Shown here: positions 27,403 through 36,296 of the stretch, piece by piece | How the letters are laid out: the number at the start of each line of letters is the position of its first letter | How positions within the stretch are numbered: the first letter of the stretch is position 1 | Source: Candidatus Micrarchaeota archaeon | GTDB lineage: Archaea; Micrarchaeota; Micrarchaeia; Anstonellales; JAGGXE01 | Direction: 5' to 3' | NCBI GenBank assembly: GCA_021163225.1 | Contig: JAGGXE010000063.1 | Location: 1-47,647, forward strand | Length of the DNA: 47,647 nt | Made by a program: the position numbers and the translations under genes | The notes under the pieces: generated by a model | Database searches by the model: none | The model's input: only the letters and a program-made list of their open reading frames with translations | Told to the model about the DNA's origin: nothing

Positions 27403-30288
27403 TCACCTCTTCATCTTTGTCGAATGATAGATAACTTCTCCGCTCACCACGCCTAAAGGTGTAACGTACATATCGTTAGGCAACCCGTAAGCCGAGAGTA
27501 TCTCAGGCCAACTCCTGCCCGGGACACTGATCTTTTCCAAAAGTTCTGGGTCGATCCTATCCATCGCTTCCAAAAGGCTCATACCTTCCGGATTGGTGAT
27601 GTACTGCATCTCAGACATCCTGAGGTTTTCAGGAATATTATCCAGGTCAAAACCCATCCTGCGAATCTCCGACCTTACGGCGTTGATCTCAGGCGACTGA
27701 ATATCGCGCCAGACAACCGACCTGTAGAACCCTATCTCTTTGTTACTGACCTGCGATTCTAACGCTTCCGGAGAAGCTATCTGAACGATTTTCGGATTAA
27801 ACTCTACACCTTTGACTACCTTACCGATATTCTCAGACCATCGGTTAAGGAACTGGTTTACGTCCGCATCTTCGGGCAAAGCCACAATAACTTCTGAAGT
27901 ACCTTTCACATAGAAACTCGAACCCTTCGGAAGTGAGAGTGCCAACGTCTTCCGATTGACTTCAATGACATCATCACCTATATCGTGACCTACGTTGTTG
28001 TAAGCAGTAAACTTCACCACGTCCTTCTCAAGAGGAGCGCTCGCTTTACCGCTGTGATGTCCGGCCGCTTCCATCAAAACACTTTTGACAACTTTACCCT
28101 CAGAAATTCGAGCGACCCTGTAACGTATCTCAATGTGGTACACCTTCTTACCTGCCTTCACTTCTTTCATTATAAAACGCCGGACATTGCCTGATTTTTT
28201 ACCGGTCATATCCACTTCCATGTTCTTAAGTTCTTCGAGCGGTTCAACGTTGAACAGTTTAGGTTTGAAGGTTTCATAATTGGGTGACTCTGCCTCTGCA
28301 AGCACGCCTACCACACCTTTACTCTCAAGTTCTCCTACATTGGACACAGTAATAGTGTAATCCGCACCTGTTATCTTGTCAACCGTTGATTCTGTCATAC
28401 ACCCTTTATTTATTGCAGGTTCATATAAAGTTCTTTCGGCACGTTTCATCAAACTGTTGGCTTCGTTGATCACCTTCTCAACCTCTGTCTTAGGTGCGTT
28501 GGTAACAAGGTATATCTCATCACCGCCTTTACCGCCAACAGAAACAACGTACCCTGCCTTTTTGAGTTGTGCAGCGACGTAGTTAACCATCTTCTTCTCT
28601 TGAGTGAGTGCTGCATCACCGACCTTTTCATCGAACGTGTTGTTTATCATACTCAACCTCCTCTTGTCAAACTGTACACATGTAACCTTGGTGTTTCTAT
28701 CAAATCCTTTGTTTTCAAACGCTTTAACCACGTCTTCGTTCAACTTCTCATTATCTTTGTACCATTTCACTTTTCCGGAAGAAGCCATGTATTCGATGTT
28801 TGTTTCTCGTATCTGGGAATATGTCCTGTACATCATCTTACCTTCACCGTAAACTCCTGCGGTAGTGGAAGCGATGAGAAGACCTTGGAAGAGCACCGGC
28901 AAAAATACCGATTGATCCTGAGCGGAGAGTTCACCGTACATCCTGGCATTCATCTCGGTACCTCCGATGTATACTGACCCCATCCCTGCGATACTCGTTG
29001 CACCGCCGATAAACTTAGTGCCTAAAGCAACCTTCCCTGCCAGTGTACCCGATTTGGATAACAGTTTAAACCCTGTCGCACCTGCACGACCCGCAAAGGA
29101 TGCAGAAAGCAGGAAAGAACCCAAAGCAACCTGTGTTTCCGCAGACGATAGGTCAAAAACCCCCATCTTACCCTGATGAGCCAGTTCTGCCGCAGACTCG
29201 GCCGCGAAATAAGCGTTACCGCTGTAAATGAGGATTGCACCGACAGGTCCGCCGACACCCGTAAGCATCAAACCTGCACCTACAACGATCGCACCGCCTG
29301 CCAACAGGTCGTCCATCCATAACTCGCCTTCCTTCTCCAGATGTATCCCGTTCGGTAACGCATAGAATCCGCGGGGTAACTTGCCCTCCTTCAACAGGTC
29401 GTAAACCGCACTGTAAATCGTGTTATCGGAAACATCCTGAGAAAACGTATACTGCTCAAGCGTCTTGGGAAACACTTCCCTTCCTCTAATCTTTGCACTT
29501 TTATCTACAACACGTTTGACACGTTCCCCTGTGTAAGGGTCGGCTACACGTACGGTTATCCCTTCTTCCTCTGTAGTCACACGAACGAGGAAAGGCACCG
29601 CGTCGATCAATACCCCGTCACCTGCCTTGCGAACACGGATCACAGGTAGAACGATCACTCCCTTTTCATCGAAATGCTCTTTGAACAGATACCTGTTACG
29701 CAGGTCTTTAATATCTTCGTCAGATAACCCAAGGTTATGCAACGCCTTCTCATATCTTTCAGACAGTATCAATGACGAATCGATCATGTTCAACTTCTTC
29801 ATGACAAGTTCTTTTGTAGTGACTCCGTTAATCACAGTGTTATACACGTCGTACCCTTTTGAGAGTTCTGTGGTTGTCTCTCTGTACATCTGATCGGCCG
29901 GTTGTGATTTGGTCTCAACAGCAGAATAATCCGATTCGGCGTGAGTGAACTCCTGTGTTTCATAACTCTGCTCAGGACTCGGAACCTCCGGTACCTCGAG
30001 AAGAACTGGGCGTATGGCATCTAACGTTTTATGGAAGGTGGTAACCAGTTCCCTGTCGCTCATGTTGTTAAGGTTGGACAGTGTTGTTTTGTCAAGGTTA
30101 CCGTACTCTGTAAGAAAAAAGATGATCCTGTTACGTAACTCGGTTCTCCGACGCGCCGCGCGCTCGTCTTCGACGAGCGCGCGTTCCCGTGCTTCTGCGA
30201 GATGTTCCAGTTCTTCAACATCGCTGGTTAGAAGAAGCGCCTTCATGAACACAGATTCCCTCTCCTTAGTTCTCTGGACAACCGCCAT
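27403..30288 (-). CDS. 961-aa membrane protein: N-terminal soluble region, Gly/Ala-rich hydrophobic core, C-terminal region with a GGDEF-like motif
   Basis: The ATG at 30288 (MAVVQRTK) follows GGAAGGTG. The ORF-track start is 30306. Hydrophobic glycine-zipper block at aa 334-487. INNTFDEKVGDAAL...GGKGGDEIYLV at aa 554-601 (numbering from the ORF-track start). Confidence 0.85.
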   Translation of the reverse strand: MAVVQRTKERESVFMKALLLTSDVEELEHLAEARERALVEDERAARRRTELRNRIIFFLTEYGNLDKTTLSNLNNMSDRELVTTFHKTLDAIRPVLLEVPEVPSPEQSYETQEFTHAESDYSAVETKSQPADQMYRETTTELSKGYDVYNTVINGVTTKELVMKKLNMIDSSLILSERYEKALHNLGLSDEDIKDLRNRYLFKEHFDEKGVIVLPVIRVRKAGDGVLIDAVPFLVRVTTEEEGITVRVADPYTGERVKRVVDKSAKIRGREVFPKTLEQYTFSQDVSDNTIYSAVYDLLKEGKLPRGFYALPNGIHLEKEGELWMDDLLAGGAIVVGAGLMLTGVGGPVGAILIYSGNAYFAAESAAELAHQGKMGVFDLSSAETQVALGSFLLSASFAGRAGATGFKLLSKSGTLAGKVALGTKFIGGATSIAGMGSVYIGGTEMNARMYGELSAQDQSVFLPVLFQGLLIASTTAGVYGEGKMMYRTYSQIRETNIEYMASSGKVKWYKDNEKLNEDVVKAFENKGFDRNTKVTCVQFDKRRLSMINNTFDEKVGDAALTQEKKMVNYVAAQLKKAGYVVSVGGKGGDEIYLVTNAPKTEVEKVINEANSLMKRAERTLYEPAINKGCMTESTVDKITGADYTITVSNVGELESKGVVGVLAEAESPNYETFKPKLFNVEPLEELKNMEVDMTGKKSGNVRRFIMKEVKAGKKVYHIEIRYRVARISEGKVVKSVLMEAAGHHSGKASAPLEKDVVKFTAYNNVGHDIGDDVIEVNRKTLALSLPKGSSFYVKGTSEVIVALPEDADVNQFLNRWSENIGKVVKGVEFNPKIVQIASPEALESQVSNKEIGFYRSVVWRDIQSPEINAVRSEIRRMGFDLDNIPENLRMSEMQYITNPEGMSLLEAMDRIDPELLEKISVPGRSWPEILSAYGLPNDMYVTPLGVVSGEVIYHSTKMKR

Positions 30289-30353
30289 CGTTAAAACACC
30301 TTCCAAAACAAAAGTGATGAAACGTTACAGTAACCGAAGGAACTGCGCAACAG

Positions 30354-32966
30354 TTACAGATAATCCTCGCAGATCAGTTCTGACAGGCATCTGATATAAC
30401 AGATTGCTTCGTTGTTCGTCTCGTTCGATTCTACAATCTTACCTGTAGCATCCGCAGTAACGTTGTATATGTAAGTACCGGGTATTTCGCATTTGTAATC
30501 AAAGGTGTCCACCTGATACCAATCCGGCGGGCGTTCTCCACCCGGCCACACAACATCCGTGTATAATGGGTTCAGCCTGCCTATGTTAAACTCTATCTTG
30601 TCACTGTCTATTATAACAGTAGTGACCGATTCGTTCGCTATCGCATCGCCGATGTTCGAGGTGTTGATATGCACGGTAACTGTCTCGCCGAGCGAAACGC
30701 TCACGTTCTCACACGACGGTACAAGGTCGGGTTGTCCGGATCCGGGGGCACACAGATTACAACTGTAGAAACATAACTTCTCATTATTACCTTCGTTCTC
30801 TTCAGAAACGTTATCGGTCGCATCGGCAGTAATCTTTAATATATATAACCCTTCCTCCGTCGGGGTGAAATTGTAAACAGATCCGTTCCATACCTGTAAC
30901 GGCGGGAACGCACCATCCAGTGTTCTGGTTGGAGTTGTGCAGCTGCCGCATGTAGAAGATGCGTTTGTACAATATATTTGGTTCGGCATCAAACTAGAGG
31001 TTAACCAGCCGCGTCCTTCTTCGCACACGAACAATGGATCACAACTCGGTAATGCCGGCAACGTGAAATTTTGGTCATCTACAAGGTTTGAAAAATTGTC
31101 TTTAAACAGCATAACGCGTAACGTGCTTTCGTTCTCAACGCACGTATCACCGTAATGCACAGGTATGTGCAAGAGATAAGAATGATTCACATAACATTCT
31201 CCAAGGTATCCTGGTTCTTCCCAGGGAGGTGTGGGACATTCCGGCCATATGTCGCGGTGCGGTACCGAACGCGCATGACATCTAACAGATATCGGCTTAC
31301 AATTGTTAAGTTCGTTGCTCTCAGTAACATTATTGTTCGCATCTGCGCATATTCGGAAGGTTGCATCCACCCATTCACTTTCATTAGCGTAGCATGTAAC
31401 GTTTATCACAACTCCTGAGTAAAATTCACCTGATGCAAGTGGAGGGACTTCCTGGTCATAGGGAAGCAGAGGCGTGACATCAACCCAAGCATCAGATGGT
31501 GACACACTTTCCAGAGTTATCCGCGTGATCGACCAGTTAGAGGCGTTTCCATTCCCTATGTTTCTCGTATAGTAATGTATCTGAGTCCAATTTCCACCAA
31601 CAGAAGGCGCAGATACATTAGTAATAATGTAATCCGGGAGGTTTTCCACATGAATGGATACATCTACAGTGCCGTTTTCACCATCGCTACAGACAACGCT
31701 TTCGTTCTGATAAGTGACATGTAGAGTAACAGTATCAACCTCACCAAACCCGCTTTTGCAAACATCTGTTGTTATGGTAACTCTGGTCCCCGCTGGAACA
31801 GGTATACGCACGGGTGATGTTGAATATGTAAACCCGTCGCAGTTTGCACCGTCACAGGATGCAGATACCACAGTAACATCCAGTGATGAGGGCGAGACGG
31901 TCACATCCGTTACAACCGCATCCGCACCACCGTTATTGATAACGGTCACATTAATATCATGAATACATCCAGACGTGTCAAAACTCGGATCAGCCACACT
32001 CACACCAGGAACCTGCACGTTGATATGCAGGTCACGAATCGTGATATGAAACTCTTCGGTAGCATGAATATTATGTGACAGATCTTTCTTGAAATACCAG
32101 TTTTCACATGAACTAGAATAGCCGCCTCTGGAAGGGTCATTACAGAACTCAACAACGAAATATCCATCCCCACAATTACCTACTCCCGAACCCATAGCTT
32201 CTCCTGCATACAACGCTCGAAGTTCTGAATACGATGCTTTGATCTTGTATGTTTTTCCATCATCAGAAGAATTAAAAGTAAAATCGTTATTCAACAGGTC
32301 CAGATAGGTATCAATGTTTTCAATTTCACTACCCGTATTCTCATCGATAAGACGAAGGTTGAAAGGAACATACAGAAACAGCCCCAACTTACCTTTTCCA
32401 GTAAACCCTTTGGTAGGGTCATCTGTCTGAGTGAAATACCGTGCCTGTACATCTGAGAAATCAGAAGAGAATCGACCCCCTACATTACATGAATCATGAT
32501 ATATAGACCAAAACCTTACCGGCCCCGGACACGTCCCATCAAAAAAAACATGCGTATCAGCATCGACTACTGCCCGAATTGTAGAACCACCACCGGAAAC
32601 TGCACAATTCTCGGGATCAGGTATATAGTAATAAGGAAAGTTCATAGATTCCATGTTCACGTTAACAGAATCCGGAGTATACTCAACATGAACGGTGCCC
32701 GGACACATCTCGATATTATGCTCTTCAAAACTGCCGTTTAAAACGATCGCATCTGTAGAAATCCGATATCGCAATGGCATTGTAAATTCGTCTGATTGAA
32801 TATATATATCATCACCCACAGCACAACAGGCAGGGTTATTATAATAATAAAGATATACCTCTGGAAGATAGACGCTTGTGCTAACTTCGTAGGAGTCTGA
32901 AGAATTAACAACCGTTACGGCTAGAAAGAAAAGAAAGAATAGATATTCAAACCTTTTCCCTTTCAT
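30354..32966 (-). CDS. 870-aa secreted Cys-rich protein with CARDB-like repeats (putative adhesin / surface protein)
   Basis: Signal peptide MKGKRFEYLFFLFFLAVTVVNSS. About 34 Cys and more than 20 N-x-S/T sequons. At least three modules end in the CARDB-type motif D-A-x-x-x-V-x-E-x-N-E-x-N-N (ADANNNVTESNELNN, ADATDNVSEENEGNN, ADATGKIVESNETNN). GAGGTGG SD 7 nt upstream overlaps the stop of the preceding gene. Confidence 0.9.
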   Translation of the reverse strand: MKGKRFEYLFFLFFLAVTVVNSSDSYEVSTSVYLPEVYLYYYNNPACCAVGDDIYIQSDEFTMPLRYRISTDAIVLNGSFEEHNIEMCPGTVHVEYTPDSVNVNMESMNFPYYYIPDPENCAVSGGGSTIRAVVDADTHVFFDGTCPGPVRFWSIYHDSCNVGGRFSSDFSDVQARYFTQTDDPTKGFTGKGKLGLFLYVPFNLRLIDENTGSEIENIDTYLDLLNNDFTFNSSDDGKTYKIKASYSELRALYAGEAMGSGVGNCGDGYFVVEFCNDPSRGGYSSSCENWYFKKDLSHNIHATEEFHITIRDLHINVQVPGVSVADPSFDTSGCIHDINVTVINNGGADAVVTDVTVSPSSLDVTVVSASCDGANCDGFTYSTSPVRIPVPAGTRVTITTDVCKSGFGEVDTVTLHVTYQNESVVCSDGENGTVDVSIHVENLPDYIITNVSAPSVGGNWTQIHYYTRNIGNGNASNWSITRITLESVSPSDAWVDVTPLLPYDQEVPPLASGEFYSGVVINVTCYANESEWVDATFRICADANNNVTESNELNNCKPISVRCHARSVPHRDIWPECPTPPWEEPGYLGECYVNHSYLLHIPVHYGDTCVENESTLRVMLFKDNFSNLVDDQNFTLPALPSCDPLFVCEEGRGWLTSSLMPNQIYCTNASSTCGSCTTPTRTLDGAFPPLQVWNGSVYNFTPTEEGLYILKITADATDNVSEENEGNNEKLCFYSCNLCAPGSGQPDLVPSCENVSVSLGETVTVHINTSNIGDAIANESVTTVIIDSDKIEFNIGRLNPLYTDVVWPGGERPPDWYQVDTFDYKCEIPGTYIYNVTADATGKIVESNETNNEAICYIRCLSELICEDYL

Positions 32967-32980
32967 TCAAAACCACCTCT

Positions 32981-35900
32981 TCAAGGTAATGGAGTTTCTT
33001 GGGACTTCTTCCTCCTAAAAACTCTACGTGGTGAAACAATGAACTCTAAACTCCAACTCTCTGTGTTGAAATCATAACCGAACCCTAACCCTGCCGTCCA
33101 GTTCGAAACACCCGGAATCGGCAGACCACCGAATATAATCTTTGCCTGTGAAACCTTCTTCGGATCCTTGAAATCATTAGAGTAGAGATGTATTCCAGTT
33201 TCAACTCCTTTCCTGGTTCTCCAGAACATACCCACTCCTCCGCGCACAGATATTTCCTTCTTATCCGGATCGTACCAAATCATCGGCATACCATATCCGC
33301 GGATATACTGCGAACCAACGCCTATTGTGCCACTGAACATAGGCGACCAATTCCCTTTCTCATCTCTGTAGAACTGTATCATCCACCCATCTATGCCAAA
33401 CCATCCAGTCACCTTCTTTACAGCACCTAACGTTACAGAATAGTTGGAACCCATCTTAACTTCCAGGCTTAACTCATCCTCTTTAGATTCTACAACAGGT
33501 ACTTGACGATAGAAGAACATCGCAGAATAGTTCCACCCTCCATGAGATACAACATCTGCACGTACAGAACCGTATGCCCCATGTAACTCATCTTTCATCG
33601 AATCTGCTATCTCTTTAAACTCTTCATCAGTAAGAATGACTACTTTGTTATAGGTAGTAGCACCTCCACCGATAGTAATGAGGAGGGCATTTATTCCTAT
33701 CCCTTCACCCCATTTCTTCAATGACTCCGACGTAGCCATAAGGTCGAAACTGAATTTGCCACCTATCGTTTTCCCAGGCACATATTGGCAAATCATCGAA
33801 GACAACTGGTAACCTATAGTATCTGATAACAAACCTCCCTCGCCGAACAATCGCTCAACCGCTTCGTCTAGAGATATCCTCCCGTCAATCAAGTCATTAA
33901 GTACATCTTGAACTTCACTCCAAGTATGGCCACCCGCGTTCCCACGTTCCCACGCATCTTTAAATGTAGTCCCCTCAAGGTCTACGTTACCTAAGGCGTT
34001 TACAGCGTCTCTAAAACCTTGCTTATCGCGTCTTGCATAGGCAATTGTAAGTTCTTTCATGGCTGCCTTTATATCGTCAGTAACTGTTGGAAGATAGGTA
34101 GCTGTATGAGCTTCGAAAACTTTAGAACTTCCTTCACCGATTGCGGGTTGCACTGGAGGAACAGGCACTTCCATCGTTTGGTATCTTTTGTTCAGGTTTA
34201 TCGTTGCGACCAACGTACGCTTACCGATTCTGCATCTGTCATACCCGTTGTTTGTAGGCGTAGCATACACTTTGTACGTTCCAGGACCGCCTTCGCGATA
34301 CCACTCAGAGAGGTTGAATTTTTGTGTGAAATTCTCATCATCTTCCCCTGTCCAAACACCTGCCACTTCAATAGTCTTTCCATCAGGACTTACAATTTCA
34401 TAGGTAAACCATGTGTTATACCCAGGTACAGTACCACTTTTTTTCTTTTCTTTACTTTTAAGTTCATAATCTACAGCAAACCCAAAGTTAATCTCTGCAT
34501 ATACGTTTTCCACAGGATTACCGTTCTTATCCACGTTTATGTTGTAATCACCTATGTCTACCAAGTCTTCAGTAGATGTGACTATCCCGCTTTTCTTTTC
34601 ATCGACGTACAGCAACATATCCAGTGTAACCCAAGGAACTGTACCCAAGAATTTGAACTCAGGAATATAAACGCACTTAGAACCTGTTTTTTCCAGAGTT
34701 TCTATTATTTTGTCAACCTTCTTCTTGTGCCCTTCGTAACCTTTTTCTTTCGGATCATGACCTTTCATCAAGAACTCACGATATTCATCACGTTTAATCA
34801 GTAAACTGAAATCTCTTCCAATAACACCGATACCCATCTCACCTATTTCGTTAATTCTCTCTTCACTCACTCCCGCCTCTTGCAATTTTCTTTTCACGTC
34901 TTTCCAACCACCCTTCTTCTCTTTAGCCTTCTTTTTAGCTTTCTGTCCGCCGACCGCACCGAGTATTCCAACAAGAATGTACGGATGGGTACAAACATTT
35001 TCTATCTGCTCTTTAACTTCTTTATCAGTCAGGCCTTCTTTAATCATCAAGCTGTTAACCAGCGGCACGTAGTTATATTTATAGTTGCCTTTTTCATCTT
35101 GAACAACTATACCCTCCTCAATTAATGTTTGTAAACGTTCCTCATCTTCTATTGAACAATCATTGTTCATAATAAGCTCCACTAATAGATTCACAGCTTC
35201 CTCATGATGTTCGTCATCTTTATTGTAGAGGTAAGATTCAAAATTGCCGAAGCTCCATTCTTTCTCATCCAACATATCATACAACCTATGTAAAAGAACC
35301 ATCTGCTGTCTGAACGCTTCGACATGAGTCTCAACATCGTAGTTTTTATTTGTCTTATGATGTTCCTCTGCTGCTTTTCTTGCTACATTATACATCTTTT
35401 CTACTGAACCCAACAACCACCAATGTTCTACATCGTGGTCTTTTTTTGCAATGTTATCCATCTTCGTCAAAACTTCAGGACCCAAAGAGAGTAAGGCAAC
35501 CATCTGCACCCTATAATTCTTGCTTTCTGTAAATTTAGATCTAAATTCTACCTCCCTATCTTTGTTAATGAACTCCACAGCCAACCTTGTCTTAATAACA
35601 TTTCCTTCTTCATCTGTTTCTTCGATGAAGACAGGTCTAAAGATATCGTGCCCAAAGAGAAGCTTTGAATCTTTAACAAGCGAATAGAATGCTTGGTCAC
35701 AGTAATATTTTAGATAAAAATCAACTGTCATACCTTGACGCATATCGGCAGCACTTATCCTATGCCCTCCGCTTATGGTTATATTTCCACCGGACAATGG
35801 GGTTAACGGAGATTCCAATTCATGGAGACCGAACTTTTCCCAATATAGTTGTAAACGGAGTGCTTGATACCATGCTTTAAAGGATTCTGTGCGTGGGGAT

Positions 35901-36175
35901 TCTAAACTGTAACGAAGATGGATATCAGTTTTGTGCAGGAACCCTTCACTGAATCCTAATAAAGACGGATTAAATGTAGCATTACCCATTATGAACTGTG
36001 TTATCCAGTAATCTGGATTATTTATCAAATCTTCGAGGTTATAGTACATTGTCTGTTCTGCCTGCTGTTGTTGTTCGGCCTGTTGTTGGACAGGTGTTGG
36101 AACTATCAGAGAAAGATTTCTCTTCTCCTCACCTTTGGTCTCAGCCTCGGCATATTTGAAACCGGTATCAACCAT
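32981..36175 (-). CDS. 1064-aa hypothetical protein (first gene of the four-gene operon), C-terminal beta-rich aromatic/Gly domain
   Basis: The ATG at 36175 (MVDTGFKY) lies 8 nt after GGAGGTG. The ORF-track start is 36214. It has a Q-rich linker (QQQAEQQQQAEQ), a helical middle, an Ig-like-looking segment (GTYKVYATP) and a Y/W/G-rich C-terminal about 170 aa. No N-terminal signal peptide is obvious. Confidence 0.85.
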   Translation of the reverse strand: MVDTGFKYAEAETKGEEKRNLSLIVPTPVQQQAEQQQQAEQTMYYNLEDLINNPDYWITQFIMGNATFNPSLLGFSEGFLHKTDIHLRYSLESPRTESFKAWYQALRLQLYWEKFGLHELESPLTPLSGGNITISGGHRISAADMRQGMTVDFYLKYYCDQAFYSLVKDSKLLFGHDIFRPVFIEETDEEGNVIKTRLAVEFINKDREVEFRSKFTESKNYRVQMVALLSLGPEVLTKMDNIAKKDHDVEHWWLLGSVEKMYNVARKAAEEHHKTNKNYDVETHVEAFRQQMVLLHRLYDMLDEKEWSFGNFESYLYNKDDEHHEEAVNLLVELIMNNDCSIEDEERLQTLIEEGIVVQDEKGNYKYNYVPLVNSLMIKEGLTDKEVKEQIENVCTHPYILVGILGAVGGQKAKKKAKEKKGGWKDVKRKLQEAGVSEERINEIGEMGIGVIGRDFSLLIKRDEYREFLMKGHDPKEKGYEGHKKKVDKIIETLEKTGSKCVYIPEFKFLGTVPWVTLDMLLYVDEKKSGIVTSTEDLVDIGDYNINVDKNGNPVENVYAEINFGFAVDYELKSKEKKKSGTVPGYNTWFTYEIVSPDGKTIEVAGVWTGEDDENFTQKFNLSEWYREGGPGTYKVYATPTNNGYDRCRIGKRTLVATINLNKRYQTMEVPVPPVQPAIGEGSSKVFEAHTATYLPTVTDDIKAAMKELTIAYARRDKQGFRDAVNALGNVDLEGTTFKDAWERGNAGGHTWSEVQDVLNDLIDGRISLDEAVERLFGEGGLLSDTIGYQLSSMICQYVPGKTIGGKFSFDLMATSESLKKWGEGIGINALLITIGGGATTYNKVVILTDEEFKEIADSMKDELHGAYGSVRADVVSHGGWNYSAMFFYRQVPVVESKEDELSLEVKMGSNYSVTLGAVKKVTGWFGIDGWMIQFYRDEKGNWSPMFSGTIGVGSQYIRGYGMPMIWYDPDKKEISVRGGVGMFWRTRKGVETGIHLYSNDFKDPKKVSQAKIIFGGLPIPGVSNWTAGLGFGYDFNTESWSLEFIVSPRRVFRRKKSQETPLP

Positions 36176-36296
36176 TTTGAGTACACCTCCTTTTTTTAAC
36201 AAACATTCCTCCACATTTCCTCAACAAACGTTTATATAAAAACATATTCATTTTAAAAAGATACCGTTTTAAACAAAATGGTCGATTAACCTATCC
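36176..36296. promoter_or_regulatory. Divergent promoter region (four-gene operon / gltX)
   Basis: AT-rich spacer with TTTATATAAAAA (about 36230-36241) and TTTTAAAAAG / GTTTTAAAC boxes. The latter lies about 25 nt upstream of the gltX ATG. Confidence 0.35.

Noticed and set aside
34019-34804. 261-aa plus-strand ORF inside the 1064-aa gene.
   Set aside because: It is antisense to a much longer SD-led ORF. Its Phe/Cys/Ile-rich translation has no features.
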